A stretch of DNA of 64,000 nt. Source: a virus. Below, piece after piece: positions 26,725 to 36,184 of this stretch (positions are counted from its first letter, which is position 1; each line of letters opens with the position of its first letter). The position numbers and the translations under genes were made by a program. The notes under the pieces are model-generated. The model was not told the DNA's origin. It saw only the letters and a list, made by a program, of their open reading frames with translations, and ran no database searches. The DNA is taken from the IMG/VR virus record IMGVR_UViG_3300042988_001121, positions 96,001 to 160,000 of that record, one strand, 5' to 3'.

Positions 26725-27728
26725 TTTTGTTTCAACAGATATTCGTTACTGATTGACTTGAATGAAACCCGGTCATCCGAGTACAAGGTAAAAACCAGCC
26801 CTTCACGAAGAACACCGGATTTATTCAGAACTGTCTTACCATTCGCCATATCCAGAATGTCATCCAGAGACTTACCCGTAAGCGACAACTTATCAAAGAT
26901 GACAGGAACCATGTCAAGACACAGATCACGGCACACCTTCTGTTTTTCTTCTACTGACAAGTAACGCTGTGCATCAATGTCGAATACATCGAATACTCGA
27001 AGAACATAAGAATCCAGTTTATAGATGTTGCCCGAGATACCGGGACCGCACTGTTCGCCTTGGATCGCAAGATTACGACCATATGCACGAAGTTTTTCTT
27101 CTAGTGCATACTTACGTGCAGTGTTCCAGAAAGTATTATCATCCGAATATTTCAGATCAAGATTTCGTGAAGCAACTCCAAATTCATTGTTATTGAGATA
27201 TGCCGTGAAAGACTGACCCTCAAGTTTCTCGGTAACTTGCCATTCACCTGTCTGAATCAAAACAAGAACATCTTGATAAACCGTCTGGATACGCGCCTGA
27301 TCTGTTTTCTGAATGAAGGATGGGAACGACCCTTTGGTATCTGCCGAAGTGAATTCTTGTGGAGGCTCCCATTTCTGGATACCTAACACGTCTGTCAAAT
27401 CTTGACCGATGGTCGATCCTTCTGCTAAGGTAATTGGCAGCAACAGACCCTGACTCAATGCACCACGCAATTTAACGGTACGAAGTCGCTCTCCTGATAC
27501 TTCATTATAGACTCGGGGAGTTTTTCCTTTTGTTAGGAATGGAGCAAGTGCTGTTGGAATCCAGCTATCAATCTGACAATAGATAACGGTATCGCCTACT
27601 TTATAAACACCTTTTTTGTCAACTACCCACCAACCTTGTACACGGTATTGACAAATTGCATCAGCATCGGGAATGTCCCGGATTTCTTCGATACGAACTA
27701 CTTCTGCTAGTTTACGTTTCATTTCCAT
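26721..27728 (-). CDS. RNA ligase, DRB0094 family (OB-fold plus ligase)
   Basis: RKLA.V..I, TEKLEG motif I, QGE, EGLVF, FKSIS..YLLK. Confidence 0.88.
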   Translation of the reverse strand: MEMKRKLAEVVRIEEIRDIPDADAICQYRVQGWWVVDKKGVYKVGDTVIYCQIDSWIPTALAPFLTKGKTPRVYNEVSGERLRTVKLRGALSQGLLLPITLAEGSTIGQDLTDVLGIQKWEPPQEFTSADTKGSFPSFIQKTDQARIQTVYQDVLVLIQTGEWQVTEKLEGQSFTAYLNNNEFGVASRNLDLKYSDDNTFWNTARKYALEEKLRAYGRNLAIQGEQCGPGISGNIYKLDSYVLRVFDVFDIDAQRYLSVEEKQKVCRDLCLDMVPVIFDKLSLTGKSLDDILDMANGKTVLNKSGVLREGLVFTLYSDDRVSFKSISNEYLLKQK

Positions 27729-27730
27729 GA

Positions 27731-27985
27731 TTACCTCACAAAGACATTATGTTTTTCGATGTTCCACTTTTCTGTGATAGGACTACCATCAGCAGCTTCA
27801 TCAACACAAATGTAGGCAACTGTCTTCTTTACAATCGCATAACGAACGCCATCAAGTACATCGATTTCATGAGTGAATCCATTCTGGATCGCCCAAGAAT
27901 CCTTAGTCACTGTGTAAGTGAACCAGTTGCGAACATCTGATTCACGAAATTCACCTACTGTGTTCTGTGTTGGTTTGTAAGCCAT
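27731..27985 (-). CDS. Hypothetical protein
   Basis: R.A.V.KTVAYICVDE motif; follows a promoter. Confidence 0.75.
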   Translation of the reverse strand: MAYKPTQNTVGEFRESDVRNWFTYTVTKDSWAIQNGFTHEIDVLDGVRYAIVKKTVAYICVDEAADGSPITEKWNIEKHNVFVR

Positions 27986-28016
27986 TTTGGACTCCTAAGT
28001 TTGCTGCGATGGAGTT

Positions 28017-28045
28017 ATTGTATCACAGAGAAAAATATGTGTAGA
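28017..28045 (-). promoter_or_regulatory. Repeated early promoter
   Basis: TCTACA-17-TACAAT; stop at 28046 abuts the -35. Confidence 0.75.
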
Positions 28046-28816
28046 TTATTTTGGATACCACTTACCGAATACTTGTACCGCTTTCAGGGCTTCCTTGTCA
28101 GCATACTCAATTCTATATTGTTGAACCATTCCCATTTCATTTACCCAATTGTTCACATATGCAGCAAGGAAAACATCGCCTGCGCCAATAACATCTACCA
28201 CATCAACTTCTGAATCTCGCTTCATCATTGATGTACAGAAGTTTCCGTCAATCCACATAGGAGGATTTTCCCCACGAGTAACAATCAATCTATTCGGTGT
28301 ATTGCCGTTCAAACGCTCAAATTCAATCTGATTGATTTTAAACACAATTCTCTTATATTGTGATATGTCAGATTTTTTCGTGTCACAAAATACGATGGTA
28401 TATGATGTGTTATCTAGATACTCCAGAAGTTCGTGTGTCACTGAACCTTTATTGTAATCGCATATAACAATAGCCTCTGGATGAAACGATTGAATGGTAC
28501 GTTCAACTTCTTCTATCGTAAAAGGCAGAACCGAATTTTCTGAATCTAGCCGCATCAACAGTTTAGTACCGTCCCAAAATCTAGTTTTTGATCCTGTCTG
28601 TCGTAGCAACGATTTAACTGTATTTCCGTAACTCTCTAGTAATTTTGCTACATAACCGCCCATTCCATCAGACACCCCGGAATCTTCTATTGAATCTCCG
28701 TCTATCCACAGCTTTGGGATTTCATTGCCATGACTCTCGGTCGTATATGTTGTTGTCTTATCTGATTTGATATCAATATCAAAACAAGAATCGCCGATAA
28801 CTAAAACTCTACTCAT
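28046..28816 (-). CDS. PfkB-family sugar kinase (HldE/RfaE kinase-like)
   Basis: VIGDSCFD, DYNKG, INQIE, DVIGAGDVF. Confidence 0.85.
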   Translation of the reverse strand: MSRVLVIGDSCFDIDIKSDKTTTYTTESHGNEIPKLWIDGDSIEDSGVSDGMGGYVAKLLESYGNTVKSLLRQTGSKTRFWDGTKLLMRLDSENSVLPFTIEEVERTIQSFHPEAIVICDYNKGSVTHELLEYLDNTSYTIVFCDTKKSDISQYKRIVFKINQIEFERLNGNTPNRLIVTRGENPPMWIDGNFCTSMMKRDSEVDVVDVIGAGDVFLAAYVNNWVNEMGMVQQYRIEYADKEALKAVQVFGKWYPK

Positions 28817-28825
28817 GTCAATTCC

Positions 28826-29293
28826 TTATGAACAAGACTTGGCAATGCAATATTTTTGAACATAGTTCTCTTTATTGCGATAAACAGTGATTCTATCATG
28901 AAAAGTGGAACCGGGCGCGATTTTCACTGTTATTCTTTGCTGGCTTCCGTCTTCGATTTTGTAGACCACGTACATATCATGGTGATGAACTGTTCTTTTT
29001 CGTCCCTTACTCGCATTTTCGGTTGTCTGGTAGTATTTCCCCTCTAGCCCGTCATAAATCGCCGTTGTCACTTCGTTCTCGGGCGTCATCTTGACACCGG
29101 TAGTAAATGATTTGTATGAAACAAACGATGTTAAAGCGACAATTACTCCCATCAAAAAGGAAACAATTGTTTCACCTTCCCATAAAGAAAAAAGAAACCA
29201 CAATGCACCCGCTGCTATTAAACAGCACACAACTAGACCAGAATGCATGTCAACGGTGTTAATTTCTGGCAATGGAGAAATGGAGTAGAACAT
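28826..29293 (-). CDS. Membrane-anchored hypothetical protein
   Basis: Two N-terminal TM-like segments. Confidence 0.65.
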   Translation of the reverse strand: MFYSISPLPEINTVDMHSGLVVCCLIAAGALWFLFSLWEGETIVSFLMGVIVALTSFVSYKSFTTGVKMTPENEVTTAIYDGLEGKYYQTTENASKGRKRTVHHHDMYVVYKIEDGSQQRITVKIAPGSTFHDRITVYRNKENYVQKYCIAKSCS

Positions 29294-29454
29294 TATAACA
29301 ACTCAAGAAATTTAGGTGGAATAGCAAAAGGGTTTGCTCGATTTTTGAATTTGACTAGTACCATGTTATTCTTCGAAAGACCAACAATGGTGCCGATTGT
29401 GCAAATGTGTTTCTTGAACTTCACGCGCCCGTAATAACGCTCGATCCATTTCAT
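29293..29454 (-). CDS. Hypothetical protein (53 aa)
   Basis: Read manually; TAATG overlap. Confidence 0.4.
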   Translation of the reverse strand: MKWIERYYGRVKFKKHICTIGTIVGLSKNNMVLVKFKNRANPFAIPPKFLELL

Positions 29455-29515
29455 GTTAATAGCACAAAAAGCACCGACCTACCTTTGCAGAAGTCGATCA
29501 TGTAGAGTTCTGGTT

Positions 29516-29965
29516 TCATCGTTGCACCTTGAATTTATAAAATGATTCCAGTGTCTTGATTTCTTCCGCTGTCAGTTTATCAAGAACTCTTTTCACGTTT
29601 TTATAGTCTTCCGAGATAGCAATGTCCAGTTTCTCATAAGAAAGAGCAGGAGCAAAATCTTTCAGGAAATTGATGGTCGATAACCTAGACAGATGTGAAT
29701 TTGCTCCGTACTTTGAATACTGAACAAGTTTTACTTGCAGCGCAGCAAGCCGCTTCTTATACAATTGAAAGTAGGTCACTTTCCGGCGATCATTGCGTTG
29801 CTGTTCTACTCGCTTCCATGCCCTGAACAACGGCACAACATCATACAGAAACTTATTGAGATTTCTTGTATTCACACCATCGCGTAACAGATGATGGTGA
29901 CCGTTGACCCAATAACGAGCATTGGTAATCATTTTTTCAAGAGCAAGCAATTGTTCGCTGTACAT
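29516..29965 (-). CDS. Hypothetical protein
   Basis: Follows a promoter; AAGGA RBS. Confidence 0.65.
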   Translation of the reverse strand: MYSEQLLALEKMITNARYWVNGHHHLLRDGVNTRNLNKFLYDVVPLFRAWKRVEQQRNDRRKVTYFQLYKKRLAALQVKLVQYSKYGANSHLSRLSTINFLKDFAPALSYEKLDIAISEDYKNVKRVLDKLTAEEIKTLESFYKFKVQR

Positions 29966-29989
29966 AATAATTTCCTTTTCGATGATGCT

Positions 29990-30018
29990 ATTGTAACATC
30001 ATCGAAAATATGTGTAGA
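29990..30018 (-). promoter_or_regulatory. Repeated early promoter
   Basis: TCTACA-17-TACAAT; stop at 30019 abuts the -35. Confidence 0.75.
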
Positions 30019-30813
30019 TTATTCAGTAATTTTTGATGGTGAGTGACCAACGATCTTTGCATGCCACATATATACACCGCCGCCAAGATGAGTCGGCTTA
30101 GGATGAATCTCTATGTCATGCCCACGATGTAGTAGAATCTCGTTTTCTTCTTTGTGATAAGATTTTGATTTTACGCTAGATGCATTAGTTCCTGCTGGAA
30201 CATGAATCTTAAGAATGTGTGACTGAAACCCGTTATCATCAGTTTCTGTTAGATTGTGTCCGTGATGTGCATCATATGGGTCATTGAACATATCTGCTGC
30301 CGAGAATGTCTCTGCTACCTTACGATGTGTTGATGTGCTGGTGTAGGCAGGAAGATGAACATTGATTGGATTCAATCTATCATTTGCGTCAGGTTTAAAC
30401 TTGGTGTGAGGGGATTCTTTGACGCCAGTGTAAACGTGCATGTCTTCTTTTGTCTTATGTTTATCCATCAAAGAATCGATGCCAGCGATGTTTTTTAGGG
30501 TTCTTGTTCTTCCCTTGACCGACTTTCCGTTATGATAGTCATGTAGAGCATTGTTGATTGCCTTGCTGTCAGTAGTATAGGCATCAATTGCTGATTCTTC
30601 GTCATCAGTCAATTTCTTTGACAATGGAGCGACTTTCGTGTGCAGTCTGGTATTCTCTGCGGTATCAATTTCTTTGTGACCATCTGTTGTTGCTGTGACG
30701 AACTTGGTCGCCTCATTGAGAGCATTATCAATCGCATGGGAGCCAAGAATAGTTACCAAAGATGGTTTACCACGAGAATCTTTTGATTTGATGTATTGAC
30801 CGAATGTTTTCAT
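30019..30813 (-). CDS. ADP-ribosyltransferase (Alt/VIP2-like fold)
   Basis: AI..YT.DS..IN..L, VYTG, YTSTS, ENEILL. Confidence 0.8.
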   Translation of the reverse strand: MKTFGQYIKSKDSRGKPSLVTILGSHAIDNALNEATKFVTATTDGHKEIDTAENTRLHTKVAPLSKKLTDDEESAIDAYTTDSKAINNALHDYHNGKSVKGRTRTLKNIAGIDSLMDKHKTKEDMHVYTGVKESPHTKFKPDANDRLNPINVHLPAYTSTSTHRKVAETFSAADMFNDPYDAHHGHNLTETDDNGFQSHILKIHVPAGTNASSVKSKSYHKEENEILLHRGHDIEIHPKPTHLGGGVYMWHAKIVGHSPSKITE

Positions 30814-30825
30814 TGTTTCCTCAAT

Positions 30826-30846
30826 TAAAAAGCCCCCGAAGGGGCT
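30826..30846 (-). terminator. Rho-independent terminator
   Basis: AGCCCC-TTCG-GGGGCT followed by a T-run on the minus strand. Confidence 0.8.
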
Positions 30847-30851
30847 ATATA

Positions 30852-32372
30852 TTATTTAGCGGAAGCTATGTTGATAGTTTTCTTGACTTTATCTGGATGC
30901 AGCCAGATTGTACCATCTTTATCAACCTTGTTAGCAAAATTACCTGCCTTCTCGTTAGTGACGCCTTTCAGCGCAAGACCAGAAACGACACCAATTTTCT
31001 TGGCACGATAATCTTTTGCCTTCTGAGCATGGAATTCTTTTTCTTCCTTTGAAGTCGCAGAAGCTGCTTTCTGATCGTGAATCTTTGCAGCGGCTTCATG
31101 ACGCTGATCCAAATTATCATCAGAATCACCATCAACGATTTCCCACTCGTGTTCCCCTTCTTTGGAGCCAACGACCTTAACACGCTTTGGGTGAGGTGTA
31201 TTTTTACCACGTTGGTAAACCATCGCAGCAATGCCACCATTCGACAGATGTTTAATCACATCATGCGAATTACTCTCTGCATGATTATCTCCTGTATGAG
31301 ACAACCCGACAGTGTAGTTTGATGGCAAATCTTTACTCATCGCTGTGCCAGTGTTCTTTGTGTAGTCATAGAATTTTGTGTTATGATGACGTTCAAAGAA
31401 TTTAGCTGGCATCAAACGATGGTATTGCAGATCAGAGGTAACGTTCAGTCGAACGCCTGAATCGATTTTCTTTTCGTGCAATTCGCCCTTAGCCAATTTA
31501 TCAGCAACATCTTTGTGAGAAAGTTTTCCGTTAGGATTTCCCTTTTCAATATCTTCCTTTGTTGGAGGTTTCTCTGATTTTATTTTACCTGTCTTCAGAT
31601 TTTTATGACCAACAATGTTTCCTTCAGAATCATGCAGAGTATGATGGCTGGAAGTCCATTTTTCGTTCTCAGTTACTTCATTGTCAAGAATTCGAGCCGC
31701 ATGCTCAGGATGTTCCATCACATAACGCTGACGCAGAACCTTTGACCGTAATGCAGTTTCTGGATATTGACGGTTGCCACCCGCAGTAAGTCCCAAGCAG
31801 TTCTCTTCACATTCTTTGGATGCCTTTGGACATACATTGGAGTGACCACTCAGAGGGTGTCCTTCAGCAAGCGTACCGAGAACGTGTGGAGCCAGACTCA
31901 GACCAATTGTGTTGCGACCTTCACCGGCGCTCGATGCAGTCTTTCCGTTTTGACCTGTCATCACCAGTTTGTTTTTATCTACGTGACCGCCTTCTTTTGC
32001 CATGAAAGCGCGGAAATGCTTATACGACTCACGCGCCTTTGCAACACGTTCTTTGTCTGTCTCGTCATTATCCAGCGCGGCATGGAAACCATCGCGAATA
32101 CGGGCACGAATAGAAGCCGGTTTAGTACCTGCCTCTTTATGAGAGTCTTGATATGCCTGCTCTTTATCCAGACCACGGCGAACAATGGTTTCAGGATGAA
32201 ATTCGTGCTTTGGTTCAGCGCCTTCAACTGACTCCAGCAATGACAAGAATGCTTCATGCAATTCTTTATCGTCTTCATCTTCTGTCAGAGTAGGCGAAGA
32301 CAGATGCCACAGAAAATTGTCAACAACAGAATTCTTGTCATTGCCTTCCAAATAATCTTTAAAACTACGCAT
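30852..32372 (-). CDS. GP88-like protein (Cys cluster), probable virion internal protein
   Basis: CP.AS..C...CLG, RLNVTSDL, FYDYTK; N-terminus MRSFKDYLE. Confidence 0.6.
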   Translation of the reverse strand: MRSFKDYLEGNDKNSVVDNFLWHLSSPTLTEDEDDKELHEAFLSLLESVEGAEPKHEFHPETIVRRGLDKEQAYQDSHKEAGTKPASIRARIRDGFHAALDNDETDKERVAKARESYKHFRAFMAKEGGHVDKNKLVMTGQNGKTASSAGEGRNTIGLSLAPHVLGTLAEGHPLSGHSNVCPKASKECEENCLGLTAGGNRQYPETALRSKVLRQRYVMEHPEHAARILDNEVTENEKWTSSHHTLHDSEGNIVGHKNLKTGKIKSEKPPTKEDIEKGNPNGKLSHKDVADKLAKGELHEKKIDSGVRLNVTSDLQYHRLMPAKFFERHHNTKFYDYTKNTGTAMSKDLPSNYTVGLSHTGDNHAESNSHDVIKHLSNGGIAAMVYQRGKNTPHPKRVKVVGSKEGEHEWEIVDGDSDDNLDQRHEAAAKIHDQKAASATSKEEKEFHAQKAKDYRAKKIGVVSGLALKGVTNEKAGNFANKVDKDGTIWLHPDKVKKTINIASAK

Positions 32373-32401
32373 TATTTTCCTTATATTAGGGTTGTATTGC
32401 T

Positions 32402-32659
32402 TTATTTAATTCCGATGAACTCTCGTAATTCATTGACAGACATTCCGCCGACTTTACGAGCAACTTCATTACCAGAATCATCCAACTTAACCAAAGTTGG
32501 TACACCACGAACCCTAGCCTCTGCTGCCAGTTCTGGATTTTCGTCAATGTCGATATTCTGAATATTCAGATCAGGGAATTCAGGCAAAACTGTATCAATT
32601 GTCTTTGATAGTGCCTTACATGGGGCACACCAAGTCGCAGCATATTTCACTAAAATCAT
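32402..32659 (-). CDS. Thioredoxin
   Basis: WCAPCK, VRGVPTL. Confidence 0.92.
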   Translation of the reverse strand: MILVKYAATWCAPCKALSKTIDTVLPEFPDLNIQNIDIDENPELAAEARVRGVPTLVKLDDSGNEVARKVGGMSVNELREFIGIK

Positions 32660-32798
32660 TTTGTTTCCTTTTTCTCACATTTACATTTATCACAATTCCC
32701 ACAAGGAGTCTTTTCTTTCTTACCAAAGATAACATCCCAATTGTGGGCGTATTTCTGGTGATCCGTGGGGCGCTGTTTATCACCTTTTCCTGCTTCAC
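32616..32798 (-). CDS. Hypothetical protein
   Basis: ATGA overlap with the deaminase. Confidence 0.4.
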   Translation of the reverse strand: MKQEKVINSAPRITRNTPTIGMLSLVRKKRLLVGIVINVNVRKRKQNDFSEICCDLVCPM

Positions 32799-33223
32799 TT
32801 GCCATCGTTTTTCCTTAAAGACATGTATTTACCAACCTCATTCACAACTTCATTGTGTAACCTATATTCCCGATCATATATCACCGAAGTAATACCTGCC
32901 TGAAACATATGAGTAGCACACCTCATACAAGGGCTATGGGTACAAACCATTGTTGCCCCTTCGACCGAGATACCTCGCCTTGCTGCATGAAGTATTGCAT
33001 TCATTTCGGCATGAATCACGGTATCCAGTGTAATCAACGAACCGTCTTCCTGTTCTGCCTCACAGACGTTGCTAGAACCGCGCATAGTGCCGTTTCTGCC
33101 AGTGGATATGATGTTACCCATACTATCAGCAATAACAGCGCCTACGCGCATTTTAGTGGCTTTTGACTTATTTGCTGCTGCCCATGCCACTTGCATCAGA
33201 AAATCTGTCTCAAACGCCATCAA
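32795..33223 (-). CDS. cd: dCMP deaminase
   Basis: HAEMNAI and PCMRCA Zn motifs. Confidence 0.9.
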   Translation of the reverse strand: MMAFETDFLMQVAWAAANKSKATKMRVGAVIADSMGNIISTGRNGTMRGSSNVCEAEQEDGSLITLDTVIHAEMNAILHAARRGISVEGATMVCTHSPCMRCATHMFQAGITSVIYDREYRLHNEVVNEVGKYMSLRKNDGK

Positions 33224-33752
33224 ACAAATTCCTATCGATAATTGAATGAGAAACTTTATTCATCTGTTTTAAGGAAACGGGGTACTGAATGTTAATTGAA
33301 CCCTCGGCTTCAGTTCCATGAGTAAGAACCGCTAGACCAAACTTACGAGCAATATGTCGCATAGCTGCGTTCTTACTCAGACAGACCATATAAATCTGTT
33401 TAATGTTTCTTTCGACCACGATCTGATAACCACGCGCAAAAAGAAACTGACCAAATTTCTGACCTCGGTACTCAGGCAGAGTAGTGAAAGCAAATTCCGC
33501 CACATCGCCACGAATGCTTACATGAAGTGTAGCAGCAATCTCGGATTCAACTTTGATTGCATACCACAGATCATCATTAGTTCTTTCGCTTGCTGTATCA
33601 AATGTCTTATTGACATACTTGGTGATGTGTTCATCTTGCGCCGAATAACCAAAACGAAGATATCGGTCATCGGGAGTCAATTTAACGATGTGTTGTATCA
33701 GCCACTCTTTTGACTCAGGAAAGAGTCGAATCAGACTAAAATTTTCTATCAT
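33210..33752 (-). CDS. GNAT-family acetyltransferase
   Basis: YRGQKFG acetyl-CoA motif A, N..MR.IARK.G. Confidence 0.85.
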   Translation of the reverse strand: MIENFSLIRLFPESKEWLIQHIVKLTPDDRYLRFGYSAQDEHITKYVNKTFDTASERTNDDLWYAIKVESEIAATLHVSIRGDVAEFAFTTLPEYRGQKFGQFLFARGYQIVVERNIKQIYMVCLSKNAAMRHIARKFGLAVLTHGTEAEGSINIQYPVSLKQMNKVSHSIIDRNLFDGV

Positions 33753-34171
33753 GCTGTAATTGCCAAAACTTTCAGGCGTTTCACTGAAACATAGGATGTT
33801 GTGTTATCCGAGAAGCGCAGACGAGCAACGGTTTCTCGTGTGTCATAAAAAGACTGACCAACGAAATCGATCTTACCGGGTTCTTTGTATTTCCGGCTAT
33901 TGATAATAATGGCAGTCTTACCAACACGAGGGATTGATGCCTCTTTAACACTGGCTTCGGACTCCAGCCATTCTTGATACATTCGCTTTACTGTGTCATC
34001 GGCATTGATGACTTCATGATACATTCCGCCAGCAAAGGCAGTTGACCCAATCATTTCTTCTTTGAACGATTTAGTGCCGGGAATCCAGTAGGTAGCATAA
34101 AAGTAGCTATCGTGGTAGCCGTTTGATTCACGTTCAGCGACACAGATGCGGTTCATAATTTTCTCCATCAA
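33749..34171 (-). CDS. Hypothetical protein
   Basis: ERE.NGYHDSYFYA motif. Confidence 0.7.
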   Translation of the reverse strand: MMEKIMNRICVAERESNGYHDSYFYATYWIPGTKSFKEEMIGSTAFAGGMYHEVINADDTVKRMYQEWLESEASVKEASIPRVGKTAIIINSRKYKEPGKIDFVGQSFYDTRETVARLRFSDNTTSYVSVKRLKVLAITA

Positions 34172-34205
34172 GTTTTGTTGATGATGTTATTGTATCACAG
34201 AAAAA

Positions 34206-34601
34206 TCAATTCCATTCAATGGAGTCGATGTTTTCTTGAACATTTTTTGTTGGCGAACCATACCAAAGTTCAAGGTAGTGGCGAATTGCCTTGACTTTGG
34301 TTGAATAATAAGAATCCGAGTAGCAGTGATTGTTTTTCATTCGGATAGCCTCGATCAAAGCCGAGTGCAATTCAGCCTTTGTCATTCTTCGACTCTCGGA
34401 TCGAGAAATGAAACTTGATTGATCCTTGAACCCAACGCGTTGGTAATCATTACCACCATCAATGAAAATCTCGCCGCAAGAACAATGAACCATATCGTGC
34501 CTATGTTTAGACACAATCACATCTTTGCATTTAGCGCACTCGGCAGCGTTCTTTGTGATTACATGAAAGTAACCCGAGAAAACAGAGAATTCTTCTGACA
34601 T
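34206..34601 (-). CDS. Hypothetical Zn-binding protein
   Basis: CxxC..I.S.HRHD...C.CG...IDGG. Confidence 0.7.
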   Translation of the reverse strand: MSEEFSVFSGYFHVITKNAAECAKCKDVIVSKHRHDMVHCSCGEIFIDGGNDYQRVGFKDQSSFISRSESRRMTKAELHSALIEAIRMKNNHCYSDSYYSTKVKAIRHYLELWYGSPTKNVQENIDSIEWN

Positions 34602-34672
34602 TAGAACGTAGACATTGTTAGGTAGATTGTTAGGCTAAGGTAAGAAATTCCAAGAACTGTTTCAAGTATCAT
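34601..34672 (-). CDS. Hydrophobic microprotein (23 aa)
   Basis: GGAG RBS, upstream TGnTATCAT, TAATG coupling. Confidence 0.45.
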   Translation of the reverse strand: MILETVLGISYLSLTIYLTMSTF

Positions 34673-34706
34673 TTTTGACTCCTGTTATTGCAATGATAAC
34701 ACAGAA

Positions 34707-35276
34707 TCAGGACAAATTTACTTTAGTAAGAATTTCTGCCTCATATTTTCTTTTTTTCTCGATGACACGATATGCATAGGTGCCTGCACTACCGAGTGAG
34801 CCATTATATCTTAGTAGCGCCTCGGCTTCGCTTCGAGACTTCTGTAGGCAATCTTTGAGAATCCTTACTCCGACTTCGATGTTTCTTTTTGGATCAAACA
34901 AAGAAGATGCCATCGTGACCTTATCTCGATGAAACGATGCAACGATCTGCATCAGACCAAGAGCGCCATTTGATGACGCCTTGAAGTCGAATTTTGATTC
35001 CACTGCAATGACCGACAGGATCAAAATAGGATCGACCGAGTGTTTTATGGAAGCCTCCAGAATTGTGTTTGTATACATTCTGGCAACCGATTCACTGGTG
35101 TTACCCTCTCTTTTGATGATTGTCTTGATTGCAGTATAAACAGCGCCCTCGTCTTCATATATTATCGTTCCGTTATTTCCGTTAATACGTTGCTCAAGAA
35201 CAACCACAGCATAGAAACTAAATGATATGAAGACCGATATAGCAACTGTTATTAGTATCTGTTTTAATTTATTCAT
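34707..35276 (-). CDS. Lytic transglycosylase (SLT) with an N-terminal TM anchor
   Basis: VIAVESKF, GALGLMQI, NIEVG..IL, AL..YNG. Confidence 0.88.
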   Translation of the reverse strand: MNKLKQILITVAISVFISFSFYAVVVLEQRINGNNGTIIYEDEGAVYTAIKTIIKREGNTSESVARMYTNTILEASIKHSVDPILILSVIAVESKFDFKASSNGALGLMQIVASFHRDKVTMASSLFDPKRNIEVGVRILKDCLQKSRSEAEALLRYNGSLGSAGTYAYRVIEKKRKYEAEILTKVNLS

Positions 35277-35907
35277 TACGTTTTTTTAAGTCCATAATAG
35301 CCAGATAGAGTTTGTAAAGTTTGTCGTTTTCGTGAACTACATCCATGTGCGGCTCTAAGTCTTTAATGACCTTCTTTGCTCCAGCAATATCTTGATCCAT
35401 TCGACAAACAGCAAAATCTTCTAGCAATTTGCTGACATAAACGATTCTACTTTTTTTATTCTCTTTCACCAGCCGGTTGATATTGATTCTGGTCTTGATG
35501 TATTTCAGTCGGTTCAAGTATTTTTCCAGCGGTTCAATGGCACAAATGAAAATTTCGTTGGTTTGATTTTCGTAAGAGTAAACGATGTATAGTTCGTCAC
35601 GAATCTCTTTATTTTTCTTATGAGAATATCCGGTTACATTTTCACGAACATACCGCGCCGCATCTTTAAATTGATTCTCGATATCGGAATAAGAGTCGTT
35701 GTCGCCTAAATCAAGCGTCCTACAAAAGATTTCTGTTCCTTCTTGTCGGCGAATGAAATTCATCACAGCAATGTCAGAAATTTTAGAAGTTCGTTGATGG
35801 AAGGCGTATTCACATAACCCTTCACGATCAGCAACGATTTCTTTTCGCAGGGCGCGAATTTCTTGCAACATTTCTTTACGAGTCTGATAGTCCATTTTAG
35901 TTCTCAC
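35269..35907 (-). CDS. Hypothetical protein, paralog of 37358-38023
   Basis: TRK..LQE.R.LR and Y.NRL shared. Confidence 0.65.
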   Translation of the reverse strand: MRTKMDYQTRKEMLQEIRALRKEIVADREGLCEYAFHQRTSKISDIAVMNFIRRQEGTEIFCRTLDLGDNDSYSDIENQFKDAARYVRENVTGYSHKKNKEIRDELYIVYSYENQTNEIFICAIEPLEKYLNRLKYIKTRININRLVKENKKSRIVYVSKLLEDFAVCRMDQDIAGAKKVIKDLEPHMDVVHENDKLYKLYLAIMDLKKRNE

Positions 35908-36139
35908 TGTTCATAATAATTTCACAACTGTAGACGAGTTTAGCATCTACCTTTTCAATAATTTCTGCATCCTCACCACTCACATAACGCGGCTTGGGGA
36001 TTATTGTAACACAATTATAAGGTTCAACGACACAAAAATTGCTGTCATAACGAAGAATCGCCAGATGTTCTGTTCCGTTTTGACTTGCGTACCAGTAAGT
36101 AGGTAATTGAGAGGATTTAATTTTTATTCGGTAAAGCAT
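35897..36139 (-). CDS. Hypothetical protein
   Basis: ORF in operon context. Confidence 0.55.
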   Translation of the reverse strand: MLYRIKIKSSQLPTYWYASQNGTEHLAILRYDSNFCVVEPYNCVTIIPKPRYVSGEDAEIIEKVDAKLVYSCEIIMNSEN

Positions 36140-36184
36140 CGAACTATTTAAATTAAACCCTATCGCACAAAATCAGAGAGTCGG

